Shown here one piece after another: positions 13,829 through 26,303 of a DNA stretch of 64,000 bases; position 1 is the first letter of the stretch; each line of letters begins with the position of its first letter. Below the pieces are notes generated by a model that was given only the letters and a program-made list of their open reading frames with translations, did no database searches and was not told the DNA's origin. Origin of the DNA: Ranitomeya imitator (taxonomy: Eukaryota). The position numbers and the translations under genes were made by a program. Location of the stretch: the NCBI RefSeq assembly GCF_032444005.1, contig NC_091283.1:311364001-311428000 (forward strand), given 5' to 3'.

Positions 13829-15971
13829 CCCTTTTCAGACCTCAGACGGGATAGTACGTCCGAGGTTAGATCCCCTGCTTTGATGTGGGCTCCGGCGATG
13901 AGCCCACATTAAAGCCACGACATGTCAGCTCTTTTGACAATAGAGGCGAGTGGAATCGCGATCCACCCGCCACATTTAACTACCGCTTCCGGCCGCGCGG
14001 CCGGAAATGCACACATCGCCAACCCCTGTCACATGATCGGGGGTCAGCAATGCGTCAGGACAGTAACCATAGAGGTCCTTGAGACCGGTTTGCTGTGAGC
14101 GCCACCCTGTGGTCGGCACTCATAGCAAGCCTGCAATTCAGCTATATTGCAGCGATCTGATGATCGCTACTCTGTAGCCAGTTGTGCCAGCTTCTAGCCT
14201 CCCATGAAGGCTATTGAAGCGTGGTAAAAGTAAAAACAAAATGTTTAAAAAAATGTGAAATAAATTAAAAAAATGTAAAAGTTTAAATCACCCCCCTTTC
14301 ATAGTAACATACATAGTAACATAGTAACATAGTTAGTGAGGCCGAAAAAAGACATTTGTCCATCCAGTTCAGCCTATATTCCATCATAATAAATCTCCAG
14401 ATCTACGTCCTTCTACAGAACCTAATAATTGTATGATACAATATTGTTCTGCTCCAGGAAGACATCCAGGCCTCTCTTGAACCCCTCAATTGAGTTCGCC
14501 ATCACGTCCTCCTCAGGCAAGCAATTCCAGATTCTCACTGCCCTAACAGTAAAGAATCCTCTTCTATGTTGGTGGAAAAACCTTCTCTCCTCCAGACGCA
14601 AAGAATGCCCCCTTGTGCCCGTCACCTTCCTTGGTATAAACAGATCCTCAGCGAGATATTTGTATTGTCCCCTTATATACTTATACATGGTTATTAGATC
14701 GCCCCTCAGTCGTCTTTTTTCTAGACTAAATAATCCTAATTTCGCTAATCTATCTGGGTACTGTAGTTCTCCCATCCCCTTTATTAATTTTGTTGCCCTC
14801 CTTTGTACTCTCTCTAGTTCCATTATATCCTTCCTGAGCACCGGTGCCCAAAACTGGACACAGTACTCCATGTGCAGTCTAACTAGGGATTTGTACAGAG
14901 GCAGTATAATGCTCTCATCATGTGTATCCAGACCTCTCTTAATGCACCCCATGATCCTGTTTGCCTTGGAGGCTGCTGCCTGGCACTGGCTGCTCCAGGT
15001 AAGTTTATCATTAACTAGGATCCCCAAGTCCTTCTCCCTGTCAGATTTACCCAGTGGTTTCCCGTTCAGTGTGTAATGGTGATATTGATTCCTTCTTCCC
15101 ATGTGTATAACCTTACATTTATCATTGTTAAACCTCATCTGCCACCTTTCAGCCCAAGTTTCCAACTTATCCAGATCCATCTGTAGCAGAATACTATCTT
15201 CTCTTGTATTAACTGCTTTATCTCTTGTATTAACTGCTTTAATACATTCGCCCCATTCAAAATAAAACAATCAAAATAAAATCAAATATACACATATTTG
15301 GTATCGCCGCATTCAGAATCACCCAATCTATCAATAACATAAAAGCATTAACCTGATCGCAAAATGACATAACGAGAAAAAAATTTGAAACACCAAAATT
15401 ACGTTTTTTTGGTCGCTGTGACATTGCATTAAAACGCAATAACTGGCGATCAAAAGAACGTAGCTGCACCAAAATAGTATCACTAAAAATGTCAGCTTGG
15501 CACGCAAAAAATAAGCCCTCACCCGACCCCAGATCACGAAAAATGGAGACGCTACGGGTATCGGAAAATGACACAATTTTTTTTTTTTTTAGCAAAGTTT
15601 GGATCTTATATTTACCACTTAGATAAAAAATAACCTAGACATGTTTGGTGTCTATGAACTCGTAATTACCTGGAGAATCATAATGGCCAGTCCATTTTAG
15701 CATTTAGTGAACCTAGCAAGAAAGCCAAACAAAAAACAAGTGTGGGATTGCACTTTTTTTTTGCAATTTCACCGCACTTGGAATTTTTTTCCCCATTTTC
15801 TAGTATACGTCATGGTAAAACCAATGATATTGTTCAAAAGTACAACTCAACCCCCCAAAATAAGCCCTCACATGGCCATAATGATGGAAAAATAAAAAAG
15901 TTATTGCTCTAGGAAGGAGGGGAGTGAAAAACGAACACGGAAAAACAGAAAATCCCAAGGTCATGAAGGGG
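13829..15971. mobile_element. Non-autonomous piggyBac-like DNA transposon carrying a CR1 insertion
   Basis: TTAA at 13825-13828 and 15972-15975; imperfect TIRs cccttttcagacc / ggtcatgaagggg. Confidence 0.6.
14301..15241 (-). mobile_element. 5'-truncated CR1 LINE (ORF2 C-terminus and 3' tail)
   Basis: ORF 14422-15270 reads LQMDLDKLETWAERWQMRFNNDKCKVIHMG...LERVQRRATKLI...RIWNCLP; 3' tail is a (CTATGTTA)n-type repeat at 14301-14331. Confidence 0.85.
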
Positions 15972-16144
15972 TTAATAAAGAGAATAAGAAGGGAAAAGGG
16001 AAAAGGAAAAAAAAGAGAAATTCAAACATTTTTTTTTCTCCATCTCCCAAATAAGAAATAAATAATAAAGAGGTAATAACGATTTTGTATAGGACTTTAG
16101 ATCCCTTTTAGAAAATATCTCCTTTTAGAAAATATTTATATTCA

Positions 16145-18737
16145 TCTACTATATAAAGCTGAATGTGTGTGTGTGTGTATGTGTGTGTGTATGTCCGGGA
16201 TTGGCATCTGCACCATCGCAGCTACAGCCACAAAATTTTGCACAGTCACACGTCTGGACCCCGAGAGCGTCATAGGCTATGTTGTGAGGCGAAATTTTAA
16301 CCCCGCGCGTTCCAATTCACCAAACAATTTTGCCCCTATCTACATAATGGGGAAAAAAGTGAAAGGAAAAGTGTTGGAAGCGTCACAGCTACAGCAACGA
16401 AATTTTGCACAGTCACACGTCTGGACCCTGAGAGCGTCATAGGCTACGTTGTGAGGTGAAATTTTAACCCCGCGCTTTCCAATTCACCAAACAATTTTGC
16501 CCCTATCTACATAATGGGGAAAAAAGTGAAAGGAAAAGTGTTGGAGGCGTCGCAGCTACAGAAACAAAATTTTGCACATTCACACGTCTGGACCCTGAGA
16601 GCGTCATAGCCTACGTTGTGAGGTGAAATTTTAACCCCGCGCTTTCCAATTCCCCAAACAATTTTGCCCCTATCTACATAATGGGGAAAAAAGTGAAAGG
16701 AAAAGTGTTGGAGGCGTCGCAGCTACAGCCACAAAATTTTGCACAGTCACACGTCTGGACCCTGAGAGCGTCATAGGCTACGTTGTGAGGTGAAATTTTA
16801 ATTCCGCGCTTTCCAATTCACCAAACAATTTTTCCCCTATCTACATAATGGGGAAAAGTGAAAGGAAAAGTGTTGGAGGCAAATTGACAGCTGCCAAATG
16901 TGAACAAGGGGGACTTAAAGAAAGAGAGCGATGGCGCAAAAGAGTATATACCGATCAGTTGCTAAGGTGGGGCCCCGACATGGGATACTCACCACACACG
17001 GGGATATGAACACACACACAAAATGCGCCACACACTACCACGTGCTTGAACACATATACCACCCTCAGCACACATTTCACCACACATACACCAACCTCAC
17101 CACATAAAAGTCAAAACACAAAAGTCGCCGCTCAAAACTCGCCACGCGCAAAACTCGCCACATGCAAAAACTAGGCTCACGCAAAACTCGCCACAAGTGC
17201 AAAACTAACCTCATGGAAAACTCGCCACACGCAAAACTTGCACACGCGGAAAAATTGCCACATGCACAAAAGTTGCAACACATGCAAAAGTTGCCTCACA
17301 CAAACTTGCACATACTCAAAAGGCACCAGACATAAAACTCACCACGTGCAAAACTCGCCATGCGCAAAACTTGCTGCACACAACTTGCTACACTAACCTG
17401 TCACATGCAACTCGACACACAAAAAGTTGCTACACGCATGTTGCCACACAAAACTCAACACACACAACTTGACAAACGAAACTCGCCCTAAAACACACAC
17501 AAGTCTGGTATTAGCCTTCAAAAATAAAAATCTGATTAATAAGCAGACAAACTACAAGAGCAACAAATGTACCATATAGGAAATACAGCAGCTGTCAGTC
17601 ACATGACCTGTCTATTATGTGTATGTGTGAGCTAATATATACTGCCAGGGGGAGGGCTTCCTGTTGGCTGGGGATTTATCAGGCTGCCAATTTATCTTAC
17701 AAATACTGAGGTAAAAATACTGAGCAAATAACATGTTAACGAGGTTTAATACAGGAGATCACACAGGTATATACTATATACAGGGGAGATGACACACAGA
17801 TATATACTATATACAGGAGAGATGACACACAGGTATATACTATATAGAGGAGGAGATGACATACAGGTGCATACTATATACAGGAGGAGATGACATACAG
17901 GTATATACTATATACAGGAGGAGATGACACACAGGTATATACTATATACAGGAGCAGATTACATAAAGGTATATACTATATACAGGAGGAGATGACATAC
18001 AGGTATATGGTATATATAGAAGATGACATACAGGTATATACTATATACAGGAGGAGATGACACACAGATATATACTATATACAGGGGAGATGACACACAG
18101 GTATATACTATATACAGGAGGAGATGACATACAGGTATATACTATATATAGAAGGAGATGACATACAGGTATATACTATATATAGGAGGAGATGACATAC
18201 ACGTATATACTATATATAGGAGGAGATGACATACAGGTATATACTATATATAGGAGGAGATGACATACAGGTATATACTATATACAGGGGAGATGACACA
18301 CAGCAGGTATATACTATATACAGGGGAGATGACATACAGGTATATACTATATACAGGAGATGACATACAGGTGTATACTATATATAAGGGAGATGACAAA
18401 CATGTATATACTGAGGTGAAAATGAGAAGTGTGAGGTGAAAATGAAAAGGTGTGAGTGCAAAATGAGAGGAGTGAGGGAAAATAGTGTAGTGATCGGAAA
18501 ATGACAGATGTGAGGTCGAAATGACAAGTGTTAGGGGGGAATGAGAGGAGTGAGGGGGAAATGAGAGGAGTGAGGGAGAAAATGAGAGGTGTGAGGGAGA
18601 AAATGAGAGATGTGAGGGGGAAAATTAAAGATGTGATTGGGAAAATGAGAGGCGTGATGGGAAAATAAGAGAAGTGACGTGCTATAACTAACCACAGATA
18701 TTTACTATGCCCAGGCAACGCCGGGCTCTTCAGCTAG
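16145..18737 (+). mobile_element. Single non-autonomous Helitron of the same family as the array (2593 bp)
   Basis: A|TC...hairpin-CTAG|T, i.e. insertion between A and T with no TSD; 4 copies of the 167-bp repeat (16215-16880). Confidence 0.85.
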
Positions 18738-18743
18738 TACTTC

Positions 18744-18764
18744 ATATATATGTATATGTATATG

Positions 18765-18805
<41 letters not shown>
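18744..18805. repeat. (TA)n/(TATG)n microsatellite
   Basis: Direct reading of the sequence. Confidence 0.9.
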
Positions 18806-19113
18806 GGCCTTATAAATCTTTAGATATTTTTGTATTTAAAAAAAGAAAATAGTTATTATTGATATGAAATATTTTCTTTATGAATTTCGTATATGCCATG
18901 AGAAAAATGTTTTAAAAAGGTTTTTAAAATAGGATTTTATTTGGATTACTTTTCTAATGTTTATGTGTTTATTCGTGTAAAACTCTGGATAAAGCTGGAG
19001 TGATATGGGTGTGTCTAGAAAGGGTTAATCCCTGTTATGGCACCTGCCCAAAAATGATATGCACTGACTTTTTTTTTATATAAAATGCACAAAGCTGTAA
19101 TAGCTTATATATA

Positions 19114-19153
19114 ATACCTGAAAAAGACTCACAAGAGTTGAAACACGTTGTAT
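19114..19153 (+). ncRNA. Decayed minimal type I hammerhead ribozyme motif
   Basis: atac CTGAAAA a gactc-acaa-gagtt GAAAC ac GTT gtat; stems I and II pair, the core has a C3/A8 mismatch; AATAAA follows at ~19162. Confidence 0.55.
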
Positions 19154-19210
19154 GCTGTACTAATAAACCTTGGAGAAGAACTACACATGCGGATATAACA
19201 TCAGGTAGAG

Positions 19211-19394
19211 CAGGGGTGTCAAACTGAATTCCTCGAGGGCCGCAAACCATGCGTGTTTTCAAGATTTCCTTAGCTTTGCACAAGGTGCTGCAATCATTAT
19301 GTGTAGGTGATTAAATTATCATCTGTGCAGTACAAGGAAATCCTGAAAACATGACCTGTTTGCAGCCCTCGAGGAATGCAGTTTGACACCCCTG
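19211..19394. mobile_element. hAT-type MITE (184 bp)
   Basis: TIR caggggtgtcaaactg / cagtttgacacccctg; 8-bp TSD aggtagag at 19203-19210 and 19395-19402. Confidence 0.9.
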
Positions 19395-19529
19395 AGGTAG
19401 AGGTCTGAAACTGACTGCTCAGCTAAGTAGCTGAGAAATCACCTGGAATAGGGAAGACCTGAAAGAAGCTCAGCATCAGACTGGACAACTGAGCTGTCAG
19501 TCAATGCATTAAAGACACACTTAGGAAAT

Positions 19530-19831
<302 letters not shown>

Positions 19832-21201
19832 TCATTCTGAACAGAAATATGGCTTCTCCAATGTGTGACTTCTCTGGTGCTTAACTAATTCTGATTTCCG
19901 TGTAAAACATTTCCCACATTCTGAACAAGAAAAAGGCTTCTCCCCTGTGTGAGTTCTCTGGTGCACAACAAAATGTGATTTTCGTGTAAAACATTTCCCA
20001 CATTCTGAACAGGAAAAAGGCTTCTCCCCTGTGTGAGTTCTCTGGTGCATAACAAAATGTGATTTTCGTGCAAAACATTTCCCACATTCTGAACAGGAAA
20101 AAGGCTTCTCCCCTGTGTGAGTTCTCTGGTGCATAGCAAAATGTGATTTTCGTGTAAAACATTTCCCACATTCTGAACAGGAGAAAGGCTTCTCCCCTGT
20201 GTGAGTTCTCTGGTGCTTACCTAAATCTGATTTCTGTATAAAACATTTCCCACATTCTGAACATGAAAAAGGCTTCTCCCCTGTGTGACTTCTCTGGTGC
20301 ATAACAAAATGTGATTTCAGTGTAAAACATTTCCCACATTCTGAACAGGAGAAAGGCTTCTCCCCTGTGTGAGTTTTCTGGTGCTTAACTAAACCTGATT
20401 TCTGTGTAAAACATTTCCCACATTCTGAACATGAAAAAGGCTTCTCCCCTGTGTGTGTTCTTTGGTGCATAACAAAATATGATTTCTGGTTAAAACATTT
20501 ATCACATTCTGAACATGAAAAAGGCTTCTCCCCTGTGTGTTTCCTTTGGTGTATAACAAGATATGATTTCTGATTAAAATATTTCCCACATTCTGAACAG
20601 GAAAAAGGCTTCTCCCCTGTGTGAGTTCTCTGGTGCATAACAAAAAGTGATTTTCGTGTAAAACATTTCCCACATTCTGAACATGAAAAAGGCTTCTCCC
20701 CTGTGTGAGTTCTCTGGTGCATAACAAAATGTGATTTTCTTGTAAAACATTTCCCACATTCTGAACATGAAAAAGGCTTCTCCCCTGTGTGAGTTCTCTG
20801 GTGCATAACAAAATGTGATTTCAGTGTAAAACATTTCCCACATTCTGAACAGGAAAAAGGCTTCTCCCCTGTGTGAGTTCTCTGGTGCTTAACTAAACCT
20901 GACTTCTTTGTAAAACATTTCCCACATTCTGAACATGAAAAAGGCTTCTCCCCTGTGTGTGTTCTTTGGTGCATAACAAAATATGATTTCTGGTTAAAAC
21001 ATTTATCACATTCTGAACATGAAAAACGCTTCTCCCCTGTGTGTTTCCTTTGGTGTCTAACAAGATATGATTTCTGATTAAAATATTTGCCACATTCTGA
21101 ACAGTAAAAAGGCTCCTCCCATGTGTGAGTTCTTTGGTGCTTAACCAAATCTGATTTCTGTGAAGATGTCAGCTGTGCCTCTGATCTCCTCGTGCAGTCA
21201 C
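19832..21201 (-). CDS. KRAB-like C2H2 zinc-finger gene, coding exon 6 (15 complete fingers)
   Basis: Acceptor tcttggtag|GT at 21201, phase 1; 15 CSECxKxF...HQRxH fingers with TGEKPF linkers; TGA at 19834-19832. Confidence 0.8.
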
Positions 21202-21657
21202 CTACCAAGAATATAACAAATTATTATTTTTTAATAAAATATTCTTGAAGTTTGTTTTTAAATATTTCTACTGAAACTGTCCATAAAAATGGCAAGTTAT
21301 GTAAAAATATTGAATTAGCCACCAAGACAATGTCAATTCAATTTAATAAACACCTACAAAGGATGAATCAGTGGAGCGTGGTGTTCAACTGTTTGTTCAT
21401 TCTGCCTCCCAAATATAGAATAAAAAGCCATCAAACAATGTTAGGTAGGTGAAAATAATACCAATAAAAACATCTACTCATCTCACAAAAAACAACAACT
21501 CCCCACTTGGGTCCATCATCTGTCAATGGAAAAACAGAGGCTTCACATTATTAGTGTCTCAAAGGCTCTTGAAAAGCCACATGGCTTCCTTAAATCAATC
21601 CAGCAATATCTGCCCTCCCAAAGTCAAATTGGGTTTCTTCAAATATTTTGTTATACC

Positions 21658-21696
21658 AGCCTGATGAAGAGACGTAAGCAGTCTCAAAAGCTTGCT
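21658..21696 (+). ncRNA. Hammerhead ribozyme motif with G12A change
   Basis: agc CTGATGA a gagac-gtaagca-gtctc aAAAG CTT gct; stem I agc/gct, 5-bp stem II, palindromic AAGCTT stem III. Confidence 0.6.
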
Positions 21697-21699
21697 TTG

Positions 21700-22225
21700 T
21701 AACATCATTCCATAACCTGTATCCTCCATATATCTCTGAACTAATCTCCCGATATATGTTCCCTCACGTAATCTCCGGTCCTCCCAAGACCTCCTTCTCT
21801 CCTCCACACTTATCCGCTCCTCACCCAACTGCCTCCAAGACTTCTCCAGAATATCCCCCATCCTCTGGAATTCTTTGCCCCAACACATCTGACTATCAAC
21901 CACATTCGGATCCTTCAGACGGAACCTGAAAACCCACCTCTTCAGGAAAGCCTACAGCCTGCACTGACCCCGCTGCCTCCTCACCACTACTGAAGCTACT
22001 GCCTCACCAACACTGGTGCTCCTACAACCCTCAAACTATTGTTTCCATCCCCACCATCCTGTAGAATGTAAGCCCGCAAGGGCAGGGTCCTTGCTCCTCT
22101 ATATCAGTCTGTCATTGTTAGTTTGCTTACTGTAAGTGATATCTGTAATTTGCATGTAACCCCTTCTCATGTACAGCACCATGGAATCAATGGTGCTATA
22201 TAAATAAATAAATAATAATAATAAT
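21700..22225 (+). mobile_element. L2-type LINE 3' fragment
   Basis: ...QDFSRISPILWNSLP...SFRRNLKTHLFRKAY followed by a stop, a 3' UTR and an (AAT)n tail at 22200-22225. Confidence 0.75.
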
Positions 22226-22499
22226 CATTCACTATATTTTGTTAGCCATTAAAAGGTATCACACCCACAAGATTCCTATTTTGTTTCTCCCACTGAGAAC
22301 ACTCTATATCTTAAAACCACATTTAGCATCCATGTATTTGGCATTACTATAGTGAGAAGAACCAACTTAATTTGCTGTGTGTGTGTCTCCTGGAGCACAA
22401 TCTCGGCACTATGTGCTGGGCAATAAAATGGCAAATGTGCAATTTTCAACATCCGCTGCATACTAATTTCCATAAAGTAGCTGGTGAGTGAAACAGTCA

Positions 22500-24260
22500 C
22501 TACTCCTATACTATACTATACTACTACTATAATTTCCAAAATGGAGACACTTTATGTCCACATGACATATGATTAATGTACAGGAGTTGAAAGATGAATG
22601 TTAAGGCAATCTCTTGGATCTGGAAAATGTTCCTGGCGGCCATCTTTTGAGCTGCCAGGTGACCATGAACAGTGCCCCAGTACATTGCGCCTGCAAACTA
22701 TACCAGCAAGATCTGCATTCAAATAGCTAAATGGCACTCCTTCAATTTTTAACTCTGCCATGTGCTCAGACAGTAGTGTACAACTGCATGTAGGGTATTG
22801 TCAGATTCAAGAGAAGTTGGAAAATAACTTTTAAGTTCAATTTATTTCTTATTATCATTTGTGAAGAATTCCAAAGTTATCACCACATAGTGATACATGT
22901 CAGATGTGAAAAATGGCCCCTGATTAGGAACACAAATCTGTCTGCGTGAAATAAGCAAACTCAACAGTCTTCTTCGGAGAAAAAAATGAGTAGTGATAAA
23001 ACCTCTCTGGAGTAATTAGAGTATGGGGATCAATGGATCTTGTCAATCTAAACTATCGTAAGGACCAATATTTTCTGTCAGATGAGTTTTTTGAAGAAAT
23101 ACTACACATTTAAAGAAAACTTTTTAAAATACTACAGAGCTGAGGTGTTTTAAATTGAGATCTTGGACATTTAGATGAGGCAATGGTAGCCTTTTTTATG
23201 GACTACAGGGAATTATTGATTCACATAAGTGAGGCAGGCCGATCCCAACACAATCAGACTATCATACAGAATGAAACTGTAAAAAAGGCATAGAATGAAA
23301 AAAGTAACACCACCAAAACAATGTATGCATGAGTGGAGAAGTCCAACACTACACCAAAGTTACGCTCATATAAGGTGGACTATTGAGGCAACTATGAGTC
23401 CTGACCAGAAGAGTAGAGATAGTATAAGTGCCCCCATTTCAGGAGAGATTTTGCAGTAATCTGAATCCCTTATGATAGAGAATATATTCTAATTTATGAA
23501 GTGAATCCATGAAACCAGGGCTCGAGCCATGCCAACACATCTCCTGCAGTCGTGAATTATTATTATTTATTTTTATAACACCATTTATTCCATGGCGCTT
23601 TACATGTGAGGAGGGGTGTACATAAGAAAAACAAGTACACTTATCTTAAACGATACAAGTCACGACTGGTACAGGAGGAGAGAGGACCCTGCCCATGAGG
23701 GCTCACAATCTACAAATGAATAAATATATATTACAGCCATCAGCCACGCACAGCTTAGAGATATATCATGGCACAGGTGTAATTTTTTATGTAGTTTATA
23801 ACAATCCTGTGTGAAATTAGTCGGTTTTAAAAGAAACTGAAAAGTAAGGATGAAGGGAAACTCTGTTGTTATTGTACAGAAATTCACACTTGGCCCTCAC
23901 TGCACATTTAATGTAGTTGATCATAAAAGTGAAGTTTGGCCAGAAAGGCTGGATCTGGTCTTGTAGGGACCATATGAGCACATTCATCAGAACAGAAGAA
24001 AAAGAAGATAGATTCAACCAATAAAATATCAGGGTTCTAGGAATCCAACAGCATCATTAACCTCTGCTTTCTCTTACAGGACCATCATTATATTTTTCTT
24101 GAAGTGATTTTCTAACTTGTCAGGACATTTTACGTACGCTGTCATTTGGCTTTGTAGTTTACAGATCTGGGTAGGTAACGGTCAGCATCTCCTAATCCCA
24201 GGGAGTAGGTGGATCTTCCTGGTTGTAAGTTCTATAGAAAAGGGCTTTCAATCCCCAAAG
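22500..24260 (-). pseudogene. Possible very old L1 remnant (ORF1 and endonuclease traces) in the zinc-finger intron
   Basis: Weak motifs only: VVFLQKTHLTE at ~23050-23090 resembles the L1 endonuclease VFLQETHL motif; many stops and frameshifts. Confidence 0.3.
23553..23712 (-). mobile_element. L2-family 3' UTR/tail fragment
   Basis: Reverse complement resembles 22060-22225 (tgtag...agggcagggtcc...atggaataaatggtg...aataataa). Confidence 0.65.
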
Positions 24261-24419
24261 TAATTAGAACAGTTTTGGGTGGAGGAAAATGTTGTGATCT
24301 AGAGACATAATGGTGATCACATGATTGTTATACAGCCGGACTACACCACAGATAAAGAGGCCACAGCCGGTGACTGAGAAGAATCTGTGACTTTCCTGCA
24401 TTTAGTGGTTACTACTCAC

Positions 24420-24510
24420 CTGGGTAGTCATATGTAGGAGTCTCCTCTTTACACCACTCATCACCCATCACATCTGTCTCTGTAGTATTAATATGGGTCA
24501 CATCTTCATC
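24420..24510 (-). CDS. Zinc-finger gene coding exon 5 (DEDVTHINTT...PTYDYP)
   Basis: 91 bp; tttcag| acceptor and |gtgagt donor; phase 0 to 1 matches exon 6. Confidence 0.8.
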
Positions 24511-24687
24511 CTGAAACAAATATTGTAAAAGTCACAGACAGATTGAGAAGTCACATCTATGATCAGCTCTAATCCTGCCATCTCCACCGTTCTCATTACA
24601 TAAGTACAAAACATATAATACTGGTGAATAAAACACAGCCGTCTACACATCATAGGGGAGATCTCATGACACCTTCTCTCCATCTAC

Positions 24688-24785
24688 CTGATGATCCTGA
24701 GAGACATTGGGATCTTCTTGTTTACAGTCCTGTGGAAGAAGAGGACGGGGACATCTCTCTGGTGTTGTCCTCTTACTGGATAGAT
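24688..24785 (-). CDS. Zinc-finger gene coding exon 4 (LSSKRTTPERCPRPLLPQDC...DHQ)
   Basis: 98 bp; ctccag| acceptor and |gtagat donor; phase 1 to 0. Confidence 0.8.
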
Positions 24786-24868
24786 CTGGAGGAAACACAT
24801 ACAGGAACTGAATTCATTATTTACATACAGATAATTATAGGCCGTGTGTATTTAGTCCTGTCTATTAC

Positions 24869-24992
24869 CTGGTGATATGAGGGGCTGGGGAACATCCATC
24901 ATGACGTCCTTGTACAGATCTTTGTGTCCTTCTAAATACTCCCATTCCTCCATGGAGAAATAGACGGCGACATCCTGACACTTTATAGGAAC
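24869..24992 (-). CDS. Zinc-finger gene coding exon 3, KRAB-A-like ([32 protein letters not shown])
   Basis: 124 bp; gttag| acceptor and |gtaata donor; DVAVYFSxEEWxxL...LYKDVM is the KRAB-A signature. Confidence 0.85.
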
Positions 24993-25075
24993 CTAACACA
25001 TAGAATGATACAGTCATCCCCTCGATCTCTTCATAGCATTACTGTATAATGTCCCAGCATTCCCAGCAGTGTCAC

Positions 25076-25255
25076 CTCTCCAGTCAGCAGCTCAATCATC
25101 TTGTAGGTGAGTTCTAGGATCTTCTGGTCATTGATGTCCTCATGTATCAGGGGGTGAGGTGGAGGCTCCGTGATTGGGCTCCGGAGTCTTCCCCATCCCT
25201 CAGACACTGGGTCGTGACAGCGCTCGCTAGAGGTCTTCTTCACCACTTTGTAATC
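25076..25255 (-). CDS. Zinc-finger gene coding exon 2 (DYKVVKKTS...IELLTGE)
   Basis: 180 bp, phase 0-0; accag| acceptor and |gtgaca donor. Confidence 0.8.
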
Positions 25256-25384
25256 CTGGTTATGGAGAGACACATTATTAAATCTCGCTACAGACATTTC
25301 CAGAGTCCTCACCTCTCCAGTTCTGTCCATCTGTTATTCCCATTGATAAGAATGACGTAATGTGACGTCATCAGAATCTCTCAC

Positions 25385-25462
25385 CTCTCCAGTAAGCCGG
25401 AAGAGGATCTCTAGGGTGAGGTGTAACATCATCTCAGCCATCTGGTCCCTGTTCATATCCAT
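25385..25462 (-). CDS. Zinc-finger gene coding exon 1 (MDMNRDQMAEMMLHLTLEILFRLTGE)
   Basis: ATG at 25462; donor |gtgaga; acceptor ttcag| at 25535 suggests an upstream non-coding exon. The six exons total 1941 bp = 646 aa plus stop, in one frame. Confidence 0.75.
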
Positions 25463-26303
25463 CCTTGATGGGTAAATCAGGAAAATTCTCTTATATAGGA
25501 AGATCTTCACTGAGAGGATCCGATATTGTAGGAACCTGAATGAGAAGATGAGCCGATGTAACATCATAAAAATCATGAAAAAAAAGCCGATGTAACATCA
25601 TTGTATTTTGGGTGATCTTGACCACTTAATACATATTTCTTTTCTTGCATGGTTCTTATTGGTCTTCTTCAATGTGTGGCCACTGGTCATCATAATAATT
25701 TGAAGTACCTTCAAGCTTTCTTCTCAGATATTCATTACACGTGACATGAAAAATAACTACTTCATGATGAGGATGACATCTTCATCTTATACCACGGCTC
25801 TAGAAACATATTTGGCCAGAGACCGTCACTGACTCCATCACCACCGGCCGTCTATATGAATGTTTCCCATCTTCCCCGGACTGTAATCTTCTATCACGTT
25901 AGATCTCATGTCTGATTTACACACAGAAGTTTTAGGCTTTTATAAAAGATTTTTGGAAGAACAGCAAGACAGGAGTTATTTGATGCCAATGTCTCCATGT
26001 ACATTTTTTTTTCTTTCCTCTGGATATGATGTTTTTTAGGAAAATGTTTTCCTTCCTTAGACTTTCATGCATTACTTGAAAAATACCCCCCAAAAAGTTA
26101 AAAGGTTACAAAATAAACTTGATGATGGAGGTAAGAGGGAAAATTATACTTTGTGTGTGAACCAAGAAAGGGGAACCGTATGGCATCAAGAAGTAAGGAA
26201 TCATTGTCTAGTGCTTTGGGTGCTAGCATATTGTGTGGGACATATTGTGTTATTATCATGATATGTTTGAAGGTTGGCAGTACTGTGGGAACATTATACT
26301 GTG

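Noticed and set aside
19881-21093. Alternative-frame repetitive ORFs over the zinc-finger exon
   Set aside because: Shadow frames of the 84-bp finger repeat.
25307-25330. ATG plus exon-end-like sequence (MDRTGE|gtgagg) opening ORF 25031-25330
   Set aside because: A short duplicate of the exon 1 end inside intron 1; the spliced model with canonical sites and consistent phases explains the region better.
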